Shown here: one piece after another, positions 36,485 through 49,600 of the stretch
How positions within the stretch are numbered: position 1 is the stretch's first letter
Layout: each line of letters opens with the position of its first letter
Assembly (NCBI GenBank): GCA_002269645.1
Contig: NIVC01001645.1
Location: 159,245 to 223,244 of the forward strand
DNA length: 64,000 bases
DNA from: Macrostomum lignano
Lineage: Eukaryota
Direction: 5' to 3'
The notes under the pieces: generated by a model
Told to the model about the DNA's origin: nothing
Database searches by the model: none
Seen by the model: only the letters and a program-made list of their open reading frames with translations
Program-made: the position numbers and the translations under genes

Positions 36485-38654
36485 CCGTGAAAAACAAAAT
36501 TAAACATACAAACAAACAATAACTTTTAAAAATAAATTGCAACATATCACTATTGAAAATCTTTACAATGTAACAAACGAAATTTTACTTCTTATTCTTG
36601 AAACGTTTTTTGTCTGCCAGCAGATGAACTGACTCGCGCGATTTAAACCAACAGGACTAAAATTCTAATTCTGGAATGTTATTTTTATTTTAAATGACTG
36701 TAAAAGCGAAAAATATTGCTTCGTAATAACTTCGTTGCGTGCTAGGCCGTTCACTGATTCATTCCTGCAATTTTTTTATTATTTAATCAAGCGCGTTGAT
36801 ACTAGACACTGGGGGAAAACTTAGATAAAATTACTGACAGAAAGTCATGCTAACGATATATACTCAGCAACATAAGTGTCCACCCTTGCGCCAAGGGTCA
36901 ATGGGCAGCACGATCGATGGTTTCGCCAATTGGTTTTGGGCCATAGACAAATGAGCAAAAAGGGCAGGAAAATGCAAAGACCGATATCTGGTGTCACAGA
37001 CAAACAGGGGAAAGCGTTACAGTACAGGGTTTACTGGAGGCATCTGGACGCAGGTGACAAACGATAGTCCGATAAATGACTGATTGGCGCACTCTGTGTT
37101 GGCCGTCCAGATCACCGGATATGAACTCTATTGAGTACGTGGGATTTCCTGAAGCGCACGATTCGATGCAACAATCTCTATCCCCCTAGAACATGGTCCA
37201 GCTGCGCAATGCGCTTTCGCTGTTCATTCTTTGTTGCCTTATTTTGATTGTCTATGGCCCAAACATAGTTAAAAACCTTTCAATCCCTAATCGTCCAGCT
37301 AGTGTAGCCTTTTGTGCAGACGTGGACACATTTCAATGTTGCTAAGTGTAGTGTAGGTCCCAGTTTATTAATATAACGGATCCTTTCGGTTAACAAGCAA
37401 AGTAATTCAGATTACAAATTATCTAGAAAATAAGCTGTCATAATCTTGCACACTGCGAGGGGGATAATCTCTGCCAATAACTCACACGACCGATGTAAAA
37501 ATAAATGAAAGTTGGATGTACAAGCCTCGTGCCTCGTGATCACACGAAATTTATCCATATTTAAAGCATGGAACACTAGCAGTCCTTGAGTTGAAGTGTG
37601 AACGAGCCGTAAAATAAACAATCTTATTCTGTCAAATGCTCTATGAGCCTTCTCACATTTTTCGGGGTCTTAAAGAGAGGTCAGCGTCCTCTTGGCTGCT
37701 GGAAACAAATCCTAATTCTCTTGTTTTGCAAATGCTTTAGTTTGCAGTCAGACCCCTCAGCAATAATTTGTACGAACTACGAACCCATCTAATTATGAGT
37801 ACACACAAACACAGCATTAAAATTAAATGACTTAAGGTGTACACTATTAACTCCAAATCGTCCACTTTTTCATAATAGGCAATTCAATATAGTATATAGT
37901 TCATAAGCCATTCTAGCTTTTTTCGTTTGGCTATTTGATACGAGCGTATCAAATTTATCCAAGGCTTAACAGTTTGAATTATTGCGTAAATAAAAAACGA
38001 TGCAATTGATTTCTCAATCTTTTAATTATGGACACTTACTGCAAATTTGAAGAAGCCAAACTGTATCATCATTTAGTAGCTGTAAAGTATATAAAAATTA
38101 CATAATATAATTAAATATGACATTATTGGACTTACAATTCGAGCTTCGCGTCATATGGTTAAGTTTGATTAAACGGAGACCGGGATTTCACGCATTGAGA
38201 GCGATAAGTGGAGATCCAATGATACCAGCACAATTAGACTAAAAACATATTTACAGTAGTTGTTTTGGTTTGACAAAAATGGTAAAAATGCACGTCGAAG
38301 TAAAAAAATTAAATAACCGAACAGAGATTTAACGGGAGTTACTATGATTAAATAGCAAAACAGTAAAGACTGACATGGAGGTTTTGCACATCCAAAAAAC
38401 ACAATCGAAATATTAAATAGGAGTAAAAAAGCTGCATTAGAAAATGAAACACAAACGCGATACAAATGTACGAGTAAAACAGTTTGGACAATAAGCGCGA
38501 TTCGAAAACAATTGCTAATTTGTTTTGCTAAGCCAGTGCTGATACAGAAACAGACCAGGGTTGACTATTTATAATAGGCGGATCAGACAATTAACAGTTT
38601 TATTAGTCTATTCAATTGCAGTGCTACCAAGGACGCATTGGCCAGTCACGCCGC

Positions 38655-40206
38655 TTACTCGTCTTCCTCTTCTTCGCTCTCATCTTCGTCGTCATTGTCG
38701 CCTTCGTCGGCGTTGCTAGCCGCGGCGGCGGCCTTGGCGCGCTTGCCAGGCGTGAAGTTGCCCTGCTTGTAGGCCTTCATCTCCTGCGGGTTTTTACAAG
38801 TTAAGAATATGTTATCTAAATAAACTAAAATCTATAAATATTTTAAATAAGTTTGTCTGTGTGTGTCTTGCAATTAAACTCCTAGACTACTGGCAAGTCA
38901 GCGTCGTAACTTATATGGGAAAATTGCAAATTTTCCGGATCAGGCTTGTAGGCTATTTTGATCTTCATTGTCACATTTTTTGAATTTATTAGTCTTGGTT
39001 GACGGAGATGATATTGATTGATAGTAGTTTACCAGGGGATTTTGATAGAATTCAGTTTTATGAAGAGCATTTGATGAAGTTCTATTTCACGGAGAGGATT
39101 TTGGTGGAGTCCTGTTTCACAGAGATGATTATGATGGAGAGTTATGTTTCACGGAGAGGCTTTTGATAGATATATGTTTTACGAAGAGGATTAATCGATT
39201 TTGATGGATTTGGAGAGGACTTGGATGATGGGATTCGGGTTATGGTATTCAGCTGATGGAGTTCAGGGAATGGAATTCTGGCGATGGGAGTTCTTCCCTT
39301 TTCTCCTCCAAAGGAGTTCCACTTTATATAATATTGATCAAGGTACAAGATCCCCATTCTAAAAGTTATGATCCCCGACTCCCCTGAGCAGGCATGCAAG
39401 CGCACGAATGCGTAGGCTGTCATACGCACAGGCACACACTCAAACAGGAGTGTACAGCGGCCCTAACATTGCTGTCAGTGCATTCACTTTCTACCCAGGG
39501 TACGGCAAACTCTGGCCCGCAAAGCCTGTCTATCCATTCTCCTATTTTTCTTCTCTATTCTCTCTCCTTTCTCCCTCTGGCCCGCAGTCATGCGCTAGGT
39601 TCTCTATCTGGCCCTTGAGGTAAAAAGTTCTACATCAGCATTGTCGTACTACTCAGAGTTTATGTCCAGACATTTTTAAAAGTATAAAAATATTATAACT
39701 TATGCAAGGAAGTGAATTAACCAAAGTAAACCTACCATCTCGTATCGCTGTCGGTCGCGGGCGACTTTCTCTTCGTACTTTTTCTTCGACGTGCAGTTCT
39801 CCCAACGGCGTCCCATCTCTTTGGCGACATCGCCGACTCGCCAGGTTGGATTGGCGGCTTGCACCTTCGGGCGCTCATCTTGGCAGAATAAAAAGAAAGC
39901 GGATAGGGGCCGCTTCGGTTGGTTTGGATCCTTTTGCTTCTTGCGCTTGCGGCCTTTGCCTCCGTCGGCAGGCACGTACGACTTCATCTCGCGGTTAAAG
40001 CGCTCCTTGTCTCGAGCGGCCATGTCTTCAAATCGCTTTTTCTCCTTGGCGTTCATTGTCTTCCACTTCTCTGCGCACTTTTTAGAGAACTCGGTGAACA
40101 CTACAGACTCGTTCGGGTGCTTCTTTTTGTGCTCTTCGCGAATAACTTGCACAAAGCAAGCATAGGCGGTCATGGCGCCTTTTGGTTTTGCACTGTCTTT
40201 TACCAT
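38655..40206 (-). CDS. HMGB: HMGB1/2/DSP1-like high-mobility-group protein, two HMG boxes plus acidic tail, about 199 aa. Exons (minus) 40206-39736 and 38783-38655
   Basis: [23 protein letters not shown]...[15 protein letters not shown]; [17 protein letters not shown]; phase-0 intron; D/E tail ending in TAA. Confidence 0.95.
39496..39635. mobile_element. Truncated hAT-Charlie-like MITE fragment in the HMGB intron
   Basis: CAGGGTACGGCAAACTCTGGCCCGC end; 3' part resembles 40590-40655. Confidence 0.5.
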
Positions 40207-40389
40207 GCTAGAGCTGAGAGTGTCAGGTTCTGCAAAGTAAAGTTTCAGTAGTTTAATATAAGATATAAAAACAGTGGTTAGGGTTTTTGAGGCCCCTTTT
40301 CCTTTAAAAGTGAAAAATAGCAAAATAAGATTATTGCAAGTGAAAAAAGGGTAAGTCTCATTTTTGGTAAACACATGGCCAGTGTAAAT

Positions 40390-40666
40390 CAGAGGGGTTG
40401 CGCATGTATCATCTGGCACCTTGGGTCTTTTAAAACTTTACAAAAGCAATCTGGTCCGCTCAAATTTTGTTGTCTTATGTCAGCTCTCTGCTCTCTAATA
40501 TCCTCTAATCCCTTTTCTCTCATCTCCTCCCTTATTTCCTCACCTCACTTTTTCCTAGCTAATCTCCTTTCTCTATTCCCTCTTTTCTCTTTCAATCCTC
40601 TGGCCCATGGTCATGTGCGAGGTTCTTTATCTGGCCCATGAGGTATAAAAAGTTTGCCAACCCCTG
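40390..40666. mobile_element. hAT-Charlie-like MITE
   Basis: Right TIR AAGTTTGCCAACCCCTG followed by GTCTAAAG (fits the NTCTARAN Charlie target); degenerate left end preceded by GTGTAAAT. Confidence 0.65.
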
Positions 40667-41939
40667 GTCTAAAGTAAGCCTAATACAATTGAGCAAACCT
40701 AATACAAAAAATTAAAATACAAGAGTGGGAAAGAGATATACTTTTAGGAATCAATATCAACACTAAAGACAAAGGGCCAAATAATTATAAGCAAAGGCAT
40801 TTGTGAAAACATCTTAGTCAATAAAGAATAAGAATTGGCAAGGAAAAAATCTGGGCAATTAAATACACAGAAATTTGGGCCATCCCAAAAATTGGGCATT
40901 TGGGCCATTTTTCTTCTAATTCAAGCCTGGCCCCAATTTAAGCCTCACCCTTACCACTGATTATAGAAGTAATGAGCACATGAAAAATTGATTAAAATCT
41001 CCTATAGAACTAGGATTTCAATAGTGAAGCCCTGACCAACCTAGAAGATGAACACAATAATGCAATCTAGATTTTATTTAAAAAACATATATGCAAGACC
41101 CCTGAGACTTTCCATATCATAGATCACATCTTTCCCTATTAAGCCAAGAATAATACACTGAAAATATTTGCAGCTAAAACCATGGACAAAATCTAAATGA
41201 TTTCATTAAGGAATTACTAGATTTAGACTATTCCATTGAAGAGCCATTGGTTCTATAGTCAAACAATACTATAGCCTAAAGACTCACAAAATATTTTATT
41301 TGTCTATCAATTTGCACTATAGGGGGGGCCTTTGATGTACAATAAAATCACATATTGAATCAATGAGATCCTTGGTATACAGCTTCTTTGATGAATTTTA
41401 TATTAAAAAACAATTGCTTAATCTTATCTATTTTTTATAGATACAAGAATTAATGTAACCAAGGGGGGATACAAGGAATTTGTTTCCCCTTGGAGATAGC
41501 CAGGAAGTGTAAATTTTTTATTGCTTTGTATTTAGCTTATATCGCTAACATTGGATATAAATTAATGCATCTATACATGCGCAACAGTCGGCTGAGTCAG
41601 CCAACCAATTTGGTAGCCAGCAAGGTAAGTTGCAAAAATGCCTACCCAAGTAGTACTAAGTAGATAATGAGACATTTTGCTTTAATAGGATAGTCATAGT
41701 TACTCCTGCCATTTACTCAAAGTTGCATTAATTCTGCTTTAGGGTTTTTTAACATGTAAGTTACATTTTTGGCCAAAAACTATGTCACATTTTTTGTTAA
41801 AACTAAGTCACATGGCCAACCAAATTTTGGAGGGTGTGCATGTATGAATGTATGTCTTTTCCTTTGATATAAATCTTAGTTATATACTAAACAATATTAT
41901 ATAAAGTTGAATATCTAAACACAATACATTTATCTATCT

Positions 41940-42726
41940 GGCTCATTCCATATAAGCATGGTCGTAACATGACAGACTTTTTTTACTTATAAAATGAAGT
42001 ATAATAATAGAATATACTAAACCAATATTTAAATGAAAGATAATTTTGTCAAGAATATTTTTATAGAGTTTCATGTAGATATCATCATTAGTATAGATGC
42101 TATTAAACCTTGAATGGCACTTATGGTCGTAACAACAGGATTTTTGACATATAGAAACTAAAAGGTAAAAGTCTTATAACATTTTTTATTTTTGATATTT
42201 TGCAATACATTTTTTAAAATTTGACTAACAACATCTTCAGTAATCATACTCTTTTTGTAGAATATATAAACTCAAAAGGCAACAAAGATACAAAAGAAAA
42301 GGCAGCCTTATGGTCGTAACATTATGGTCGTAACATATTTTTTTCTGTCAATTCAGTAACTTTGAGGTACCAATATATTAAAAATATAATAGATTATTTG
42401 GTCACCAATACTTTTATCTGATGATGCAAGTACTATACTTTTATCTATAGTTTGTTTCAACTTTCCAAAGCTTTCTATTTGTTTTTAAAAGGTACACAAA
42501 CTTAATGATGTCTTTTGCTTAGAAAAATGTCCAAATTTTTACAAAAATGACTTTTTGCCACTTGATAACATACTAATCCAACATTTTATCATTTATTTAT
42601 TCTTAGATTGTAGATATTACACATAAAAAACATTTGGTAAAAAAAATTGGCTGATAAGGCAATGGCAAGCAAAAATATTGACTTTTTTCTATTTTCCAAA
42701 AATGTTCATCTTATATGGAATGAGCC
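41940..42726. mobile_element. 787-bp non-autonomous DNA transposon with 17-bp TIRs and a 4-bp TSD
   Basis: GGCTCATTCCATATAAG / CTTATATGGAATGAGCC, ATCT on both sides; four internal ATGGTCGTAACA motifs. Confidence 0.8.
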
Positions 42727-44731
42727 ATCTAGTCTATTGGGGTCTTGCAGCTTGTATACTAATGATTTGTAATATTTACTAGGGATTAATTGACTGTGAT
42801 TTTTTTGTGCATTATTGGAACTAGACAGTGTGTGAAACCATGTGTGACCATGAATTTTTATAACATAAATTTTAATTTAAACATAGAACTATTAGTATTA
42901 ATACTATGAAGTCTAATAATTTTTATCAACTTTAAGGTTTGTTTTGTTTTATCTACAAAATAATAATATAACTCTAATGAACATGGGCTTCTTTATGATA
43001 ATTGCCACCAATGGGTATATCAAGTTAGCCTATAAAAGGTATGATTTATATATACATATATGTTTCAAAGACATTTGTATTTTAGATATGCTCATATAGC
43101 AAAAATATTACTCAAGACATATAAGTAGCCTAGCTTTAGAAAGGAAAGACTTTTGCTTAGAAGCCATACTCCTAATCATGTATTATACCCAAAAGTTTGG
43201 GTATGCATTGGCTTTGCATAATAAAAGTTAGGCATGCATAACTCATAAGAAAATAGTTTATATATAAGATTAGAAATAATAAGAAAAGAAAAGAAAATAA
43301 GAAAACAAGATTATATATATACCTAGTATATATTATATAGAATTATATGGAAGAGTTAGTGTTAAATGGGAAAAAGATTGAAACTTTTATCTTTAAATGT
43401 AAATTTTTTGTTTTCTACTTTTTAAGCTCAAAAAACATTTAAACAAATGTTTTGTGCTATTGATTTTACTACTATAAATGATAGGTTAAAGGCAAAGAAA
43501 GATAAATAATTAATCAAATTAGCCAAAAAGCATCTTTTACATAATATAATCTATAATCACAAAAAGGTCATTTACTCTAGCAATGTAAAAAAGGTAATTT
43601 ATTGTTGCAATACTAGCTTAGTCTTTCAATTCATAACATTCATATTCATATCCACATATTCACATTCATCACATTCATAAATTGATTTTTTGTATGCAAA
43701 TTTATATTTCTTTAATTTTTGTTTAGGTATAGGCCTACACCCAGCATGATTTAGACTGTGGCATAGAAGTGTCACATAGAAGCAAGTCAGATGATATCTA
43801 GCTAAATAATATTGGGGTAGGGCGATCTACCACGTTGAATTGGTGAAATTGCAACCCGTTGTGCAAGTCTGTCATGACCCCTTTTTGCGTCACTCAGTAC
43901 GCCACCCCTGGCCCCATCTATCGCCCCATCTTTTGCCAAAGTAAAATTTTTGTTTTTTTTCCATTTGCGTTATTAGTGTCATTCATTGCCCCATTGTTTG
44001 CCCTATCCTCTGCCTTACCCCCCAACCTTGCAGCCCCATCTGTTGCCCCATCCCTGTCTGGATGGCACAATTTTTCCATTTATAAAGCCAATTCAGACTG
44101 CCAATTTGTCATGCCTTTCCATCTTTATTGTTTTAATTGTTTGGTTTGTTTCTTTGTTAGTTTGTTTGTTTATCCTGCTTGCTTGTTTATCTTCTTAGTG
44201 TGTTTAATAGTTTGCCTTTCATTAAATTAGTTTAGTGTATTTGCCTTTTATTAGTTATTTGTCTAGCACCTGGCATTAGCCGCGATCATTCTTGTAAATA
44301 ATAATAAAATATTTGTTTAACATTGCCTGCTTAATAAATAATAACTAATAAATTCAGTAATTAATCAAAGCCCTTAATAGTTTATCTTGAGTTATTTGCC
44401 CCTGGGGCATTAAACAACCAAATTAATCTCAACTCTAAACAAGCTGAGATCTCAACATTCCATAATACGAAATTATGGTGGTGGCAGCATTACTTTACTA
44501 ACAGTAATCAGTTCAGCAACTTAGAAAACAGATTTACAGTGTCTAGACCTTTGAGTCTACAAACTGAATGACTATGCCTATTCAAGACTACTTGACTACA
44601 ATTACGACTACCCTTCCCCTGGACTTGAGAACCTGGCTGTCGGAGTAAAACAGGAGGAAATAATTTGTTGTGATTCGTCTATGCAATTTCTGGCTTTATT
44701 CGTGCAAATGCAACGCCAATCGGTTTTGAAG

Positions 44732-45586
44732 AACGCCATGACTAGGGACACGGCGGCCGTGCCTCTAACTCTATGTCTAAGGACATGGCCACTGTGTCCC
44801 TAGCTCCCACGCTACTCTGTGCCTAGAGCCACGGTGGCCGTGTCTTTAGCTGTGTGGACTCGCAGCATGGCCGCCGTGTCCCTAGCTCTGTGTATAGGGA
44901 CACGGCGGCCGTGTTCCTAGTAATCTACCACTTACATGCCTGGGGGCACGGCGGTTGTCTCTGAACAATGGGCTTTAAATGCAACATGATGCGCTAACAT
45001 ATATGTATATATAAAGTAATTGCATGGTACTATATGTATTTTTGTAAGGTACTCTAGGCATGGTAGGTAAGAAGTTCAATTCTTAAATTATATTCCTGCA
45101 AACAGTCAATTTCAACAAAAATGCTCAAGATATGTACGCATCAAAAAGCAATAATAAATAGAACAAAAAACGAACAAGTTTGCGCATTCCATGACACAGT
45201 ATACTTGTGCGATATAGTAGTATAATTTAAAAGGAGTTTTAGTATATTGGATTGACACAATAACAATATTTGACTGTCTTTATAGACACTACCAGCAATG
45301 TTCGAGCTACTTTACATACATGTATCAAATCATGTTGCATTTAAAGCCATTGTTCAGAGACAACCGTCATGTCCCCAGGCATGTGAGTGGTAGATTACTA
45401 GGAACACGGCCGCCATGTCCCTATACACAGAGCTAAGGACATGGCGGCTGTGCCACAAGTCCACACAGCTAAAGACATGGCTGCCGTGGCTCTAGGCATA
45501 GAGTAGCGTGGTAGCTAGGGACACAGCGGCTGTGTCCTTAGACATAGAGTTAGAGGCATGGCCGCCATGTCTCTAGTCATGGCGTT
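44732..45586. mobile_element. Foldback/MITE-like element with about 259-bp inverted arms and a 338-bp spacer
   Basis: 44732-44990 is the reverse complement of 45329-45586 apart from mostly transition mismatches. Confidence 0.85.
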
Positions 45587-45905
45587 TGAAAAAAACCCCA
45601 AAGAAAAAACCAAATTTCCAAAGTGACCAAAAAATTTATTAAACTTCTTTTGCTCCACTTCAATATCAAGCTAACTAGCTAAGTAACATGCATTATAGGC
45701 CTTAATTAAAATAGATTATACATATAGGCATTTTCAACTGACTAGGCCCTAGGCCTAAGCAGTAAAGGACTTACAAAAGCTTAATGTCCTTACTTTTTTT
45801 GCCTAGCCATGCTATGTAATACACATATAGCCCCCTTATAGTAATTTGGTTATTTGGTATATAATAGATAGGCCTAAGACTTTTGAAGTTATAAAAATGG
45901 CAGTG

Positions 45906-46617
45906 CTTATCCCCATGGTACTGTAGGAATAATTTCTGTCTTATTCCAACGGTACTGTGCAAAAAATTTTCTGCTTATCCGCATGGCACACTGAGGAGAT
46001 AGCTGCCCTATCTTCTACATATGCCGTGCGAATAATTTTTTGCTTATCCACATGGCACACTGACGAGATAGCTGCCTTATCTTCTATACATGCCGTTTGG
46101 GAAGTTTAGTATATACAATTTGAGTGCAGTATAATAACTTTGTTGAATTATTATTGAATAAGTATATAGAAGGATATCAGTAAAGCAGAATAATACGTAT
46201 TTACATATGCATATACTAGTCTAGAACTGATTCGAGTTTATACATCAAGATCAACAGCTTTTTAGTATCCTCAGTTCAAATTCCCTTTCAATAAGCTATA
46301 AACTATTCATGCACAGCATATATATATAGCAGATAGGACAGCTAGTAAAATAGAGGGAATAAAACAGAAGACGTGTAGGGCAGCTATCTCGTCAGTGTGC
46401 CATGCGGATAAGCAGAAAATTATTCGCATGGCATATATAGAAGATAGGGCAGCTATCTCCTCAGTGTGCCGTGTGGATAAGCAGAAAATTATTCGCACAG
46501 CATATATAGAAGATAGGGCAGCTATCTCCTCAGTGTGTCGTGCGGATAAGCAGAAAATTATTCGCACAGTACTGTTGGAATAAGACAGAAATTATTCTTA
46601 CGGTACTGTGGGGATAA
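45906..46617. mobile_element. Foldback-like element whose long inverted arms are built of 69-bp subrepeats
   Basis: CTTATCCC...GGGATAAG termini; 69-bp units at 45974/46043 and inverted at 46381/46450/46519. Confidence 0.8.
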
Positions 46618-49600
46618 GGTTTTACCTATAAAAATATCATACTATGACATATATCATGACAAAGCCATTTAGCTAGACTAGGGACTAGGCCTATCTGATT
46701 TGAAGTCTCTATATTAGCATCTATAGATGGAATTCCTAGATAAACAACAAGGTCAAAGCCAAAAGATTAATATAAATCAATAGGCCTAATAGGCCCTAGA
46801 GGCCTAATTAAGCTCAATCAATGAACTAGGCCCAAGGCTTATTAATTTTAAATTTTTAATCAACCTTACATTAACATGGCGTTAACATTAGGCTAGATTG
46901 GATTTGATTTTGAAGCTTTGATAAAATTCTTAGGGGTCATACTATAAAGCTGTCATAGCGTAAGTTTGGTCGTATGTCGGAACTTTTACACTGTGGAGAT
47001 GGGAGCTAAGAACGATCTTATCTTACGATGGCTTTATAGAATGGGCCCTTAGTCTTTTTTCAGCAGGTTAGTCGTATACTTTAAAAATCAGGAAGCAACT
47101 TCTTTATTTAGGTAAATTAGGTAAAAATTTGACTAGGCCTAATTATACATAATTTAAATAAAATTTTATAATGACAAAATGATTGATTGAAGTAGGAGAG
47201 AAATGGAAATATTTATAGGGGCCTAAGCCAATAAAGATGATCGCAGGTTGACTTAAATAGGCCTAGCATCAGACGTAACATAGACGACGTTGATATGTTA
47301 CGTCAAAGCGAATTACTAAGCTAACTAGCAAATGGAAATGGGGTCTATATATTATACAAAAAGAATATGAGTATGAGTGATGCCATACCTCAAACTCAGT
47401 AAAGCTTCGTCGATTTTTACTCTATAAGCAGTGTTTCTTGATTGGAGTAAGGAGTAGAGTTTCACCTGATCAAAACGCCAAAAAGAAATGAGCAGAACAG
47501 AATGAAACGCTTATTTGACAATATAATATCACGTGATAAGCTTTCCAGCCAATAAAAGTTGAGCAGTCTCAATTTAACAAATAAACATATTTATTTATAT
47601 ATTCTAAAACAGTTTAGATTCAACAATAAAACTTTTACTAATAGATAGATGGTATAAGTTCGCCTATTTTAATGTAAACAGGCTAAACAGCTTTTGTGAT
47701 GTTTAAGTAGTGTGTATTTTTAATTTCAGAAATTTGGTAAAGTGGCCGGGTCGTTCTCAAAGCTAGGTCACAACTTTTTGTTATTGCAAAAAAAGTTTAT
47801 ACATCGACCAATAATCGTACAAAAAAAATTCTTTTGACAATTTCTGTAAGAAGCTGCTACTAAAACCACAAGAAAACTTGAAATTGAGAAGAAATCAAGG
47901 CTATTTGTTATTCTTTGTTGCGGAAAATAAACGACAAAAATATTAAAGAGAAAATAAAATTTTCTTCAATTTTTATTTTAAATATGCAGTTAAATTTCTT
48001 TTGCAAAAATAAAAGAACAAGAAATTGACAAAGGAAATGTTTTTGAGCACAGCATTTTGTTACTCTGCTCTAAATCCCAGACATTTAAAATTATCGTGTG
48101 CGAAAAAGTGCGAAATTATTATAGCATGCACTCGAAAGAACTTCGATCAGTTTAACTAATCACTGAATTGAGAAGTCTAAATAAGTCTTGAAACGTTGAA
48201 TTAAAAATCAAGTTTTCACTATGTATCTTTTCAAAGGCAAGATGATTCGACAAATAAAGAATGTTCATTTTTACCTTGAATAGAATTGTTCATTTTTACA
48301 TTAAATATAATAAAATCTAACTAATAATAGAAAAAGTCAGGGAACTATCCTTGAACACCAAAACGCACATTGTGGATTTAATATCGACTGCATGTTCCTT
48401 AATAAAGGAATTCGGATACTAGTATATATTTGATTATTTGTAGCATAATTTCTGAAAACTATAACTTGCTTGATTTTACTTTAAGTACTCATTACATTAA
48501 TACTTATACCAAAGCTACATGTACTTAAAATAAAAAATTATAGTTACTTATTAGACATTTTACTCCAATTAACTTAAAATAATTCAAATTTATTTTAATT
48601 AATGCATTTTTTGAAACTTTTTGGAAAATAGACAAAATTGAATTATTTAATTACCAAAAACCTACTAGCTTAACTAAAATAGCAATTAGTCTTTAAGAAA
48701 AGATTTCACTTGTTAATTGAGAAAAATGAGGATGTGCGAGGTGTAAAAATGCGAAAGAGCATGCAGGAAACAGAGACAAACAAAAATGTAGGTAAAAGAC
48801 ACTGCACATGCACATAATATGATAACCAGACATAATGCGCACACTGAAACACCAGTAGCAATGACGCCCAAGCTTTTGATGATCACAAGCGAAAAGGCAA
48901 AACCCAGCCATCAATCAAAGAAGTAGACTATAGCACGCATCTTGAGTGCATCACACATTTTTTGCAGAGAAGCTCGAAAATTAACATTGTATTCTGTGCA
49001 CAACCACCAACTGCGACAGGGTCTGCCGGGGGATTTGTGGGCACGCGGTCCCGGATACAAATCGGAGGAGTCACTGACCATTCTGAAATTACAAGCTAGT
49101 ACATGTAATTTTGTGTATTAATATATTTAGCCCGCTTTATTTCTATGCTCTCGTCCGCCTCTCGTTAATGCATCCCCAGACTCATGCAATAATCAAACTT
49201 ATGATCGAACTATGCATGGCTTCCGTCCCTCGCTTTGAATCTCTCACCTCCCCATAGTTCCATCAACCTTACCGTAGTGGCTTCCTATGCAAAAATCATC
49301 CCTCCGCATCTTACACAGGCTACTTCAGGCTGTAGACTGTACTACACTATTAATTAGTTGCGCTAAGGAATCTACATGTATTTGCTCGCAGCGCAGCGCA
49401 CTGCTCAAAGAAGTTTAGATCTGTCTAGATATTCTAGTAATTTCAGGTTTGTCCATAGACTAGAGCTCATGAGATGAGAATTCCATTAACTAGTACGTTT
49501 AATGTGAATGAACTGCGTGTGTGTCTGCTGTGCATACATATGTATAATATACGAGTAGTTTATGGGCCAAATTATTGTGTGGCACAATTCTTGGCATCAC

